Made by a program: the position numbers and the translations under genes. From Nemertoderma westbladi (lineage: Eukaryota > Animalia > Xenacoelomorpha), in NCBI GenBank assembly GCA_032718475.1, contig JAUCBJ010003676.1, positions 1 to 64,000 of the forward strand: a DNA stretch of 64,000 nt, written 5' to 3'. Every line of letters begins with the position of its first letter. The stretch's first letter is position 1. The notes under the pieces were generated by a model. The model worked only from the letters and a program-made list of their open reading frames with translations. It was not told where the DNA came from and did no database searches. Positions 36,821 through 50,000 of this stretch are shown piece by piece.

Positions 36821-39089
36821 AAATTACAGATGGTCAAAAGGTTTAACAGATTTATTTGCGTTTTACGCTACTGTTATAGGGACATCACGCTACTATATGT
36901 ATTATTTAATATAAAGTAGAAGAGCAATATCGCACGAAGCAATGTCAGTGTGAAGAGGCAAGTCGTTTCCAAGGTCTACCCAGAGCTTGGTTTAGCCGAG
37001 ACACGAGGATCTGAACTTTGCATTCCTAATACTCTGCCTACCAATAATACTTAAATATAGTAGGAGCTTTATTGTACTTTAATAAGTACTGACATGTCAT
37101 CTTACTGTAGTCTCGTATTTATAATATAATACGGACAGTAAGGAAAAAGAAAGAATTATTTCTCGCCGTCATATTAAATATATATTATGTGTAATTACGT
37201 AATAAACACTAATATATTGCACTAACCTACTAAATAATCTAAAATAACATTCTACTAAATAAAATTAAATAAAACGATTATAATAAGTACATAATAACGT
37301 TCGCTAATTGAAGAGACAGTAACAATACCTGCAATATCCTACTGTAAAGTTTGTGAATCAAATCATAAATCCGACCTTCTCACCAAAACAGTAAACTCCA
37401 AGTAAGCGAATATATTGCAGTATTGGTCTCTTATAACCGGTGAGGCAGAAAACAGTCTACGAGCAGACAAACTTCGATAAAACAAAATCCCGCGCAGCGA
37501 ATCCTAAAATCAGGCTGACTCACTGACGGACTAAGGGGCTCGTATACTTTGCCGCGGTGTGATTTATATGGTTGGGCGAAAGGGACGCTAGCTAGGTGCA
37601 GAGATTTGGAGATGTCTAACTAGCGGGCAAAGCGCAGTACGGACAAAAGTTAATTTTATATATTTTGAGGTGTAAATAATTTCTAACGCGCGTGTGTTAA
37701 TTCTGAACAGTCAAAGCAGTTTTGCTCCTTCATATATATAATTACTGGGTACGGTGTGCATTTTACGAATATTCTAATTTTGTAACTTGTAGGTCCAATA
37801 CTCACGAATGATAAGGCTCCTTCCCCTCTTGCGTATTTCCAGGACTCAAATTCAGGCATAAGGTTAATGCTACGCCCAGAATTCGGCAATTTTTAATTTA
37901 CCAGGTCCCTAATACTAAGAAGAAATGTGTTAGTTTACTACAGTAGGCGTACGGTTACTAATAGCTATCCTGGCGTCCTATCTAGAATTTTGGTTACCTA
38001 GGTGGGCTGGTAACTTCCTATCAGGATGTCGGCGGGGACACGGTAGATGTTAGTATATCCCTAATAGCCTCAATTTATTTGCGCCTAGTCGTAAACTGCC
38101 CTACCGCCTGAACGGTACAATCCTAATTCAGGTGAAACACAGCAACCCTCCTAGCCTACAAGTTCTAATGCAATGGACACCGTTGTACTACAAATAGTCG
38201 CAAACGCACCTGCACTTAGCAAGAGTTAGGCGTACAGTTTGCTGCACCCTACCAATGTGTATGCTTTGTACCGATGTGCCTACGTCCTATCTGCGTACTA
38301 GTATCTCTGCCTGCTCTCCCCCCGTAGGAATATGAAGGTCTACTGCGGTTTTTTCCTGAATTAAAACAGTACAGTCCCTAGATGTAATTTTAGGCGTACA
38401 GCGTGTCACTCACTATCTCTACCTTCGATCTTTGGTCTTATACTTAGGTGGCAAGGCATCGAACGTTGTCTAACCTTTCAGGCGATGGGCGAATAACTAA
38501 GAGTGATATTGCGGGTTGTCTCCTGTCTACATTCCTTAGATGTTCCCGTTCATTGCTGCGGCCCGATGTTTAGCCAGCCATCCTGTCCCTTAGTTGGGTT
38601 CACCGTGGTGAAGCATGATAAAACAGATAGAAAAGGGCAGATGTGACAAGTATTTCTAACTTTTATTACAAAATCAAACAATAACTATTATACAATAAAC
38701 AGAAGATAATGTATAACTGAGAAGTAATAGTGATTGAAGTGAAATTGAAGTAGAAGAGAGTAGCTGTAACTGAGATAACTAATGAACGAAATCGCACCTT
38801 TTATACCAAATTTGTGCCGCAATCAATCGAGAAAATTCTTGATTGTTCTATGAGTTCTAACAGGTTTTTAAAGATAGCTATTGGTCCAGCAAATATATAA
38901 CTCGTACGACATTGGTTACAATCTAATAACTACAGTCTCATTGGTTAATCTTACTTCGAGCAAATGCAATTAATTTGTAGCGGTCAATTTAAATGAGTTG
39001 AAATTCTGCACAAAAAATAATTCGCACCTACTAGGATTCGAACTCAATACACACTACATATAATTTCCAACGCTCTACCGACTGAGCTA

Positions 39090-40930
39090 GGGCTGGGGTA
39101 AAACAGACTGTAAACAAGGGGGGAAAAGAATTACGCGGAAAAATGTCCAGAGAGGGAGGAAAAACGCAGAGAGAAAGGAAAAACGCAATAATGTATTTTT
39201 CTACCATACATATTTTTATTAGAATTATTTTACTTTGTAAATATTGAAACATCAATATTAATATTATACAGTATGAGAACATGTAATATACATATAGAGC
39301 ATTGTACATTATACAGTAACTTATACAAATTTAACTTATTCAACAGATAATATATTATCCTTTACGTCTAACTATCAACGTAAGCTATTCTACCCCTAAA
39401 GGTCTGTTTACACGTGCCAACTTTTAGATCAACTTTCTCGGCAACTAGCAACGTTTCTTGGAGCAACTTAATTTAATCGCTGTTTACACGTGGCAACTTT
39501 ACCAGCAACTTTTAGAGCGAGTTTAACTGTAAAATAGTGGGTCATTTTATCTACTAGCTAGTTTTTGACAATTTAATTTGATTATCCCGCTTTAATTCGC
39601 CAACGCAAATTCCTTCAAGTTTCTGTAAAAGTTGAGCAACTTTTACGGCAACTTTTTTACGTGTTTACACGGAGAAACTTGATCGGCAACCTGGTTTGCT
39701 CTACAAGTTGCCGAGAAAGTTGCTCTAAAAGTTGCCACGTGTAAACAGGCCTTAAGGCAAGGATATGCTCATTGCTCATCTCAAAGATCCATTAGTTTTC
39801 CAATAATTTCCAAACAGTAATAATTATTTTTCAGGGCCAACGATATGGAACTCTGATTCCTCTGCTGACGTAAAACATAAAAAATCTAAAATACAGTACC
39901 CTTTTCGAAATAGGTCACCTTCTAAAATATTAAATTAAAGTACACTGTAAACAATCAATAAAACATAGATCTTACCAATTTTCCATAACCTTTTCCATCC
40001 AATATTTTATATTTTATGTATTTCCTATCTCGACTCATTAGTTTAGTTTTATATACCTGGATCAGCATCGGAACTCCAGTGCAACAATTGATTGCGCTGG
40101 AGATTAACTTAGGATAATTAATTATTTCCCTATCAGCAACAACAGTAACAATCTCACACCTCACAATTCACATAATAGTAATACCCCCCCCCCCCCCCCC
40201 CTTTTTTTTGCAAGCACTGCACACCACCCCTACCTGCCCGGCACTCCCAGACAATACATTGGGCTATAATACTAGCCACGTCATTGTCCAAAGTATTATT
40301 GTAACTTAACTTTTAATATTGCAATTATACAATATACTGTATATATTACTATATATGTGCAATGTGAGTATCGGATTACCAAATAACAATAAATTTAAAA
40401 CAATTGTCTTCTTTAGTCTAAAATTCGCAACTGTTCGGTGGTCCACCCACACGATCAACACCATGTAGTACTAAAACCTTTGGCCTACAACTACATGCTC
40501 TAAAACACCCAAAAATGACCCCCCCCCCCCCCCCCCCCGCTAAATTGCAGGTCTCCGTTTGCTAATTCCCTTATCAAAACACGGTACTCGTGGATGCATT
40601 TGAAGTCATGACACATTACTGAAAGTTTATTATTTTACTCATAAGTATAGAAAACTATATAATTTATTTGTCAATATAACACGATTAACGGACTCGTTTA
40701 ATTAAACGTAAACCTTTAATGAAATTTAAAAATTCCTTACTAATCTTTCCCCCTTGCCTGTAATTAATAATTAATTAAAAGTTTAGTTGTTTTGTTGGGT
40801 TAACTTAGCAGCCTATCCCAGTACATGATTTCCCATCTCCTCAACCAGGGGAACTACTATATAGTTTAAACTATGTAAGCTATTTATAACAGCCAATAGA
40901 AAGCCGGGTTTTTCCTACCATCCACCTAAG
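39090..40930. mobile_element. Non-coding insertion with 6 bp TSD and no clean TIRs (Dada-like candidate)
   Basis: GAGCTA duplicated at 39084-39089 and 40931-40936; the empty site is present in the other LTR at 55361-55366. Confidence 0.85.
39400..39752. mobile_element. PIF/Harbinger-type MITE nested in the insertion
   Basis: ~47 bp TIRs AGGTCTGTTTACACGTGCCAACTTTTAG... / ...CTAAAAGTTGCCACGTGTAAACAGGCCT, TAA TSD at 39397-39399 and 39753-39755. Confidence 0.85.
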
Positions 40931-41858
40931 GAGCTACTGAACCACTTGACTAATCATCGTACAAATAGATATAGCAAATACAAATGAGGATTTAATGTAA
41001 TCTTTAGCAAAGTTAATTCGAATAAAATAAAATTTTGAAAATCCACGGCATTTAGAGAATATAATTCTATACCGCTCCATGAAAACAGGATATTATCGTG
41101 CATAAAATATACGGTTTTCACCAATAATCAATCAAATTATAGAATACTTAGGGCGTACTTACATATTTACAAATTAAATTTCAAGCAATACTTCCTTTCT
41201 ACATAATGATTCGATACAAAATAATTACAAATTCAAACTTTACATATTTAAGGCTTTACTAAGTAAGTACAATATAAATCTAAATTAAATTCACCAATAT
41301 AAATCTATTGCATCTCAATATTGCAAAATTCAAATAATTACAAATACAAATAAATGAAAATCATAAGAAAGGCTCGCGAGTCTTCCATCTACTATTGCAT
41401 CTCAAATATTGCATAAATTCAAATAATTACAAATACTTTCGTGCCTAAATGTAGATTGCATAAGTTCGGAATAATTACAAATATGAGTCTTTCTAAGTAC
41501 AAAACTTTCTAACTATAAAACTTTCTAAATACAAAATATAACGCTTTACAAATGAAACTATAAGAAAGGCCCACGAGTCTTCCATCTACTCTTACTTTCT
41601 ATTTCACTGTAAATACAAATACTGCTTATAAGATATAAATTGCATAGTATTCGGAACAATATAAATTGCATAAGTTCGGAATAATCACAAATATAAAATA
41701 TAAATCTTGCAAAATATAACTTCCTTACTAAATATAAATCTTACTAAATATGAGTTCTTCCAGAATACAAAACTTACTAAATATAAAACATATAATTCAA
41801 ATAAATCACAAATTCACAAGAAAGGCTCACGAGTCTTCCGTCCACCCTTGCCCTCCCT

Positions 41859-43371
41859 TTATCGCTTAGTGGATCGAGCCCTGCCGCGTCCTCGAAAACT
41901 GCGCACAGGTGACTTTGCTCGCGATATGGGACTCGTGGGGCGAGTCACTGGTTTCGCTTGGACGTTGGGAGACGGTGCGACCGTTTCCTCACAAATTCGT
42001 CTATTTGGTATCCCGAAACCTCGACCGATTCCTCGTGACCGATCAGTTGTCACTACAGTTGGTAAAACGTCTGGGAACGCGCGGGAAGCGGACGACGCAG
42101 ACCCAAGAGTAGCTTGCGCCCCCTTTTGATCAGCTGGTGTATGTCCCGATCCTCCTGTTGGTTCTCTAGGAAGCGATACCGTATCCCGAGTAATTCGAAT
42201 GGTCGGCTCAACTCCCTTGCGTTCTTCTATATTAATAGACTTCTTTAATTGTTGGCTCACTTTCTGGACCCTTATGATCCTACCCTGTCCGTCCTCCCGA
42301 GGGTGACGTGCAGACGGCGCAACCGGAGTGGCTGGTATGTCGGTCGCCTCTAGGATCTCCTCTTCCTCGAATACGCTCGCTCGTATACGTTTATGGTAGA
42401 AGGCGGCTCGGTATGCCCATGCGACGGTTAACCAAGCTCCTTTGTTTCGCTTTTCCGTTCGGAAACGGTCAAATTCATCATATGTGATACGATTGAACAT
42501 TTTGGGCAAAGTTTATACTTTCGAAAAATTCCGGTGTCATCTCCTTAGCTGAAGTTTGATCGTGTGACGTCCAATGGTAAGGTAGGCTCGCGAGTCTTCC
42601 GCCCCATTCTTCCATCTCACCTTTCTCGAAAGCCTTGTAGGCTCTGTATAGGCTAAGAGCTTCTTTCTTTTCGCGGGTTGACTGATTCGCCTCGTCCAGC
42701 GTAAGTTCAAATGCATCGGGTTCAACAACCTTAGGTGGGTAAACGACAGTTTCTCCCGCCTTTGGTCCAGTCATAGCAAACGAATGATATGGATTTGATA
42801 AAGGATACCCTCCTTCCTGGTAGCGTAGTTGTTGATGGTTCGAACACCTCGCCAATATCGGTTCGGGATTTTCCTTATTCAAACGCATTGGAATCGCATT
42901 TCGTTGTTCGCGCATACAAGAACCGCATTGATAATAAAGTTTATAAACTGAAAATGCTTCCTTGGTTTCTCTATCGTCCCCTCGAGTTCGTCTGTAAAGG
43001 TGCATTCCATCGAATTCATCTCTTACCGCGGGCATAGGTTCGTGCGCCTTTAGGTATTGCATGGTATGATACAAACGACTAATTTCAGTATCGGGGTCTT
43101 CGCTAATGTCTCCCGTATCACACAAAGCGTCGTACGGGTAAAGTTCATTGAAGGTTTTGCGCAAACTTTCGATTCTTTCATTTAATGCGTTTTGCCTTCT
43201 CTTTAATACATTTGAGTCATATTTAGTTCTCGCGAGTTTCGCAGTACTTTCTGATAATTCCTTTATACCAAATATAGTGTAGTCTTTGGCTCCAAATCTT
43301 TCGAATGGCGCTGCTGCTTCCTCTTGGATATCATATCCCCATCTCGGCTCTCCATGTATCTCCTTCTCCAT
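41859..43371 (-). CDS. Family B accessory ORF downstream of integrase (split into two overlapping frames at ~42480-42510)
   Basis: ATG at 43371; DPDTEISRLYHTMQYLKAHEPMPAVRDEFDGM and YQCGSC are homologous to the family A ORF; R/G/S-rich tail; no signal peptide or TM helix visible. Confidence 0.75.
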
Positions 43372-44035
43372 AATTAGAGGTGTAGTTACATAATCATTAC
43401 TACTAGAGGGAATACAACAGAGTTTGTAGTTAATTGTGAGGAGACGTGAGAGTTTTCGTCTGACCTTTTGGCTCGACAACGCTCTAACCTCCTACCCATA
43501 GCCTAAGATCTAGGGTTTCTTTAATGACACGCTGCTTCTTATCTAAAATTTTTTGCCGAAAAATAAAAAACGAATTTGGGCTAAACTGGCTGTGAGTCTA
43601 AAATACTCATCTTTTGATCCCAAACTATTATCAGAAAATAAGCAGTCAAGAATTAGTAATAAATATAGGGAAGTCTATTTTGACGTAACTTATTGAAACA
43701 AGACCGTGTAAAATTTAATTAAAATTTTTAAGAAAGGCTCGCAAGTCTTCCTCTCTTGTTTCTCTAATTTTAAGTTCCACCCGACTGTACCCTGAAATCT
43801 ATTCACTGGAGAAAATTTTAAAAATTTTTCAAATCCAAATGGATTGTCTAAAATTTAGAAAATGTCTCAATATTGTGAGTTCCAAGTAGAATTCCATTTC
43901 TTATACCTACAAATCCCGCTCCTATGTGACACATAAGGGTACTACCCTCAATGTTCACATATAAAGACAATGGAATTCTACCGCTGTCCATACTACAGTG
44001 TACAGGTACGTGGAAATCTATTTGTAAACTCCTAA

Positions 44036-47000
44036 TTATTTACTAACATTAGTTGGAGATTTGTAGTCTCCAGACTCGTTACGAGTCTCTTCAAGAAGTA
44101 CGAGACGTTGAGTCGGTCTGTCTACTGTACGACCGTCAATTGTCCGTACTGTCACGGTTCTTGTCACTCCATCCATAGATGGATGTGTGGCTAAAATTAC
44201 ACCTGTTATCCAGAAGCGTCTTTTTAGATTCACTTCCGCTAACAGCACGTGATCTCCCGGCTTTAATGCGCGGGTGTTATTGTACCAAGTTGTTCTGGCA
44301 GAAATAGAGGGCAAATAATGGTTTTGCCATATTTCCCAGAATTTGTTAGCTAGTAGTTGCGTGATTTTCCACGCTTTTCTACCGTAGCTGTCGCTTTCTG
44401 TTGGAAAAGAAATAGGCGTCAAAGTAGTCGGTGCCTGCATTAGCAGGTGTGCCGGTGTTAAAGCAAACTGGGATTGTTTGTCATCGGGTACTAATACTAT
44501 TGGTCTAGTATTTAGTATTGCCTCGATTTCAACAAACAGTGTTGTCAGTTGGTCGTCTGTCAAAATGTGGTTTACTGGAATGACCTTTGCCATTGCCGTT
44601 TTTATAGATCTAATCAATCTCTCCCAGACTCCGCCTCTCCATGGACTATCTGGAGGATTAAACTTCCAAACAATCTTGTAAGGACGTAGTTCGTTTGAGA
44701 TTTGATCATGATCTAATTTCTTAAAGGCTCTAGCAATCTCATTTCGAGCACCAACAAAGTTTGTCCTTTGGTCTGAGTACAAGCATTTCACTAGTCCGCG
44801 TCTGGCGATAAATCGCCGCAATGCTAGTATAAACGCGTTGGTGGAAAGATCCATCACACGTTCAATGTGAACTGCCCTACTGGACATACATGTGAAAATC
44901 AGTCCCCAGCGTTTTACTAGTATACGTCCACGTTTCGTATGTATGGGACCAAAGCAATCAATTCCAGTCTCTGTAAAAGGTGGTCTGAATGCTTGAAGTC
45001 GTGCTTGTGGAAGTTCACTCATTTCTTGAGTACCTATTCTAGAGTGTACCCTTTTACAAATAATACACGTACGTGTCACTGAACTTAACGCTTTACTGGG
45101 TCTAATTAATACAAATCTTGTACGTAAGTAGGAAAGACAGTGGTGTCTTCCAGCGTGTTTCAGATGTAAATGTGCGTCCAGTATCATTGCACGTTGTAAT
45201 TCGTGATGCTGCGGTATTATTATTGGGTATCTAAAGTTTGTGTTAAAGTCAATGTTTTGAAGCCGAGATTTATGACAAATTAAGCCATTATAAATTATCG
45301 GACTCCAACTCAATATTGGTGACGACTTGATTGGTTGACCTTGATTTATAGATGTGAATTCGCGCGCGAAATATCGCAGTTGGTAATGGCGAATTAATTT
45401 AATTTCACACCTGTCAATCTCAGTCAATGTAAGTCGACGTGTAAAATCGCGTTTGCCTTTAACGTATTGTACAAAACGTACAATCCACGCTAATTTTCGG
45501 CAAGCGTTTGTCCAAGAATCTGTTAAGTTTACAATACGGTCGACGTGAGTATTTGTGACGTCATCAGGTAAGTCAATGGAGAATTTGGAAGGTTTTGATT
45601 TACTAGAAGGGCCCACGGGTCCGCCGGTAGGTATTTCCTTGTTGACTGTTAATCCGTCCGGGTCTACAAGTAATTTGTCCTTCTTTGTTTTCTTACCTTG
45701 ATTGTCAGTACTTTGTAAGTCGATCGTTAATGGTGGTTTGAACTCTATGGGGTCACTGGGTTTCGGTAAACTTATTTTTCTGCCGATATTAATCCCGGGT
45801 CTCACCATAGGTTGCAAGTTTGGTATGTCTCTTGAGCGCAAAGTAACACCTGTATTTACATTAGCGTAGGTACTACCCACATCTGTAATACATGAGGTTT
45901 CACTGTGCTTATGGTTGCTCAAGTGTGTCAAATTTGGTAGTTTGTCAAAGGCCGCTCCAATAGGGAAACTGCGGCTTTACTATTTGTCAATATGTTACTA
46001 GTGTCTGGTAGAACATTTTGTGACATGTCTGGTAAAATGTTTCGCGGAACATCCGGCGAAATATCTAGTGACGTGTCTGGCAAAACGTCTGGTTGACCGT
46101 CTAGTAACGCGTCTGGTTGTTTGTCAATAGAAGGCCGCTCCAATAGAGAAACTGCGGCTTTACTATTTGTCAATATGTTACTAGTGTCTGGTAGAACATT
46201 TTTTGACATGTCTGGTAAAATGTTTCGCGGAACATCCGGCGAAATATCTAGTGACATGTCTGGCAAAACGTCTGGTTGACCGTCTAGTAACGCGTCTGGT
46301 TGACCATCTGGCGATATGTCTGGTGTAGAAAGGCTCGCAAGTCTTCCGTTCTTGACCTTTGAAGTTATATCTTTCCATTTCGCCTTTGGTTTTTTCTTGA
46401 GTTTAGCCGCCGTCCTTTTCTTTGCTTTCCCTTTCTTTGGTTTTTTAATTTCCGCGTCTTTAGGGATAGTGTTAGACTTGTTGTCGTATAGTGGCGGCCA
46501 ATGTAGTGTTGATCTTTGCAAGAATTGTGGTCCGTGTTGCCAAAATTCTTTGTTCTCCGGTTTACAGAATTCCTCAGGCATCATTCCTCGCGACGCAATA
46601 TCAGCTGGATTTTGTGGTCCGGGACAATGTCGCCAATCTTCCTTTATTGAACGGTCTAGAATTTCTGCGCGACGGTTTGCTACGAATGTCTTGAATTCAA
46701 GTGTGTCGTTGTTTATGTAAAATAAAACCAACGTCGCGTCAGTCCAATAAAATATCTGTAAACTTGACTGTAGTTCCGTCTGTATAAGGTTCACGATTGT
46801 GGTTGACAGGGTTGCTGCTTGTAGCTCAGCGCGTGGTGTCGTCATATACTTAGTAGGCATGGTCTTAGCCTTAGAAGTAATGAGCGAAACATCAAACTCT
46901 TCTGAGTCTACTTGTCTGCGCAAGTACGCTGCCACACCAAAGCCGTTGTCACTGGCGTCGGAGAAACAATGTAATTCCAAATTGTCAGGAAATGTCGTTT

Positions 47001-50000
47001 GTAATGGAAAGTACACTCTGGGTATGGAATAATCCTCTAGTGAAGATAATTCTGCCTCCCAGGTTTTCCATAAGTCCACTTGTTCTGATGAGATCGGCTC
47101 GTCCCATGTCAGTCCATCCTTCCAAATACTGCGCATATAAATTCTGGCTTGCAGTATTATTGGGCTGATGAATCCTAATGGATCGAATAATCGACTCAAT
47201 TTTGACAAGCAGGATCCCTTTGTCAGAATGTTTTCTTGAGTGTCCAGTCTCACCTTCACTCGAAAGTTGTCCGTGTTTGGGTCCCAAAAGAGCCCCAACA
47301 CCTTTGTCGTCGGTAGTGGTTCGAACTCTAGGTCAATGTCACCACCTCCACGCTCAGTCGTTCCGAATGAGTCTACCAATTCGGCACTGTTTGAGGCGAA
47401 TTTGGTGAGGTTAAAACCTCCGCCCGCTAAGCAGTCCCGTAATTGATGTGCTACTGTAATAGCACGTTCTACTGTGTCACAACTCTGTAAACCATCGTCC
47501 ACGTAAAAGTCACGTTCTACGATCTTGATTATCTCTGGGTCATATATATGTTTCTGATCCCTAGCGGCTTGCTTTAGGGCGTACATCGTACAGTTTGGGC
47601 TGTCCCTGGCACCGAAAACGCGAACTTGCATTTGGTAAGTCGCCGGTGGTAGACTTAAGTCTCCTTCCGGGTACCAGAGGAACCTCAAACTGTCTCTGTC
47701 TCGCTCTAACGCTCGCACTTGGTGAAACATAGCTTCGACGTCACAAGTAAAGGCTACTTGACGCTGACGGAAGCGCATAATCACCCCCATAAGATAATTA
47801 TTCATGTTTGGTCCATCCATTAACTCACTATTGAGGGACATTCCCTCAAACAGAGCCGCACAGTCATTGACTACACGTACTTTGTCTGGCTGGTTTATCG
47901 GGGTGTCTCACGTAGTGATGTGGCAAGTAGTATGTCTGGTCAGTCACAATCTCTGGGTTAGTCATTCGGATAGCGTATCCTTTGGACAAATACGTCTCCA
48001 TCTGAGTATTATACTGCATATGGGCTTTCTCGTCCTTTAATAGACGTTGTCGTATTGAGTGTAAACGTCTTAAGGCTAGCGGATAGTTATTTATGAGTTT
48101 AGGACGTTGGTTACGCCATAGCATCCCTACCTCATAATGTCCATCTTTCGTCTGGCGGATAGTATCTTCCATGATCTTCAAAGATTGTTTCTCTTGTTCC
48201 GACATACATGGTTCGTAGCTACCGGGTTCGGCTGTATCTTGTTCTAACCACCTGATAGTCTTCTCCGTTAATTCTTTGTCCAATGCAGCTTGTTCCACTT
48301 GATGATTTCATAATGCGTCATCATCGATATCGACGGGCATTGTTGAGGTTATTGGTGTAGGTAGACTCGCAAGCCTTCCGGCGTTATCATCTGTCGTCGA
48401 TGGAATCTCTGGCTGACTCGTCTTCTCCCCAAGTTCTAAACTCACCTGGTGGATTAGCTGCTCCTTGTGACTTATCATACTCGCTACACACGTCGTGTCA
48501 TGTTTTGTCGAATGTAGTGTAGTATAGTCTACGTCGTGTGAAAAGGAATGAGTCGAAGTTGTAGTTAATAAACTACATGTACTTTGTATATCGTCTTCCT
48601 CGTCACTTATATCCAGTGTGCGCACAGGCGCTCGAGTATACCACCCTATCGGCGTTCTACAGGCGTATGCGTTTCCCGCTACGACTGCCGATGGTCTGGT
48701 TTCCCACACTTGATGTAGGTTGAATTGATCTGTCCCGATCAGCATTGCTACCGACCTATAGTTGACAGGACATTCAGGTACACCAAGGTGTCTGAAGTAC
48801 TTACGGTCCTCCAAGGATTGTTCTGGGACAGGACCTAGTAGGTTACTAAAGTCCTTTGTGGCCGCAAAGGTTAAATCCTTAAAGGGTAACAAAGACCTCT
48901 CCTTTTCGCTATGTTGCGATTTTGGAAGAAGAGTGTCTAAGTTCAACTTAACTCGTGTTACTGGTATTGCACGTTGTCCATGCATACTACTTACGGTGTA
49001 ACTGACGTTCTTACCTTGTCGGAGATCCGTCACAACATCAGCTACTTTCTCATCCACGTAGCTATGAGATGAGGCTGAATCCAGGATAGCGTAGATCCTC
49101 TTGCTCCCTTTGGTGCCAGTAATCTTGACAGGAATTATACTAAACCCCTTTAGTTGATCAGGCGTCAGAAGCGCAATCGATGGTTGTTTGTCTCCAGTAT
49201 CAAAGTAAGCGTCGTCGTCTTCCGACTCTTCATCCGACGATCCTGATTGTTCCGAGAAGCAATCTCTAATGTGCATCACGAATGTCGGTGTTGTTTTCGA
49301 CTCTCGACCCTTATATGCTGTGTTGCATCTTGCTGCCGCTTCCGGGTGTTCTCTGGTGAAGCGTTTGGTCGGCGTATGACTGTCTGTATGTAGCAAACCG
49401 TCGTGGTTGCGTCCACAAGAAGGACAAGTGTCTGTATTTGGGCAGTCTTTACGGACATGTCCATGTAGCGTACACCGCCAACAAGAGTCCAATGGCCGTA
49501 TTTGTAGTCGTCGTTCCTCCGAGTTCAATTCGCGGAATAGTCGACAACCTCTCAGTTTATGGCTAGTATGTCGTTTACCTAGCCGTTCGCAATATTGGCA
49601 TCCGTTAAAGTCTGTGCTCAGTTGCTGTCGGATCTGTTTGGTTCCAATTGGTGTGGATACCTTATTATCGTCCGAAAATTGTCGGGTGTCGGTCGATGTT
49701 GCGTAGGTAACCGTCTTGGTGGATGTTGTTTGGGGTTTTTGTCGGTTCGAAGATGGTAATGTTATTCCTTCCGCCACGATATGTTGGTCCGTGTAGTTCG
49801 AACGCGTCTCAACTACTGCCTCTCTGGATATCAGTAAGTAGACGTCTTCCAACTTCAAGAATCCGCCTCTCTCTTCTCGCTGATATTCTATCTTTCGCCA
49901 CTCCCGACGAAGTCGATGGTGTAATCTTCCTATTATTTTAAATACGACTGTCGGAGTGTTCGCGTAGTCAAGTTGTCCAATCGAGCGTAGTGTAGTAATG

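Larger units (their letters stand above)
32884..37308 (-). mobile_element. 3' portion of family A BEL/Pao element (accessory ORF, PPT, 3' LTR), truncated by element B
   Basis: LTR A, PPT and an accessory ORF homologous to that of element B. Confidence 0.8.
37309..41071 (-). repeat. Family B 3' LTR, interrupted by a 1.84 kb insertion
   Basis: 37309-39089 plus 40931-41071 align continuously to 53598-55502. Confidence 0.88.

Noticed and set aside
41859-43479. env gene
   Set aside because: No signal peptide, fusion peptide or transmembrane anchor visible; hydrophilic with a basic tail.
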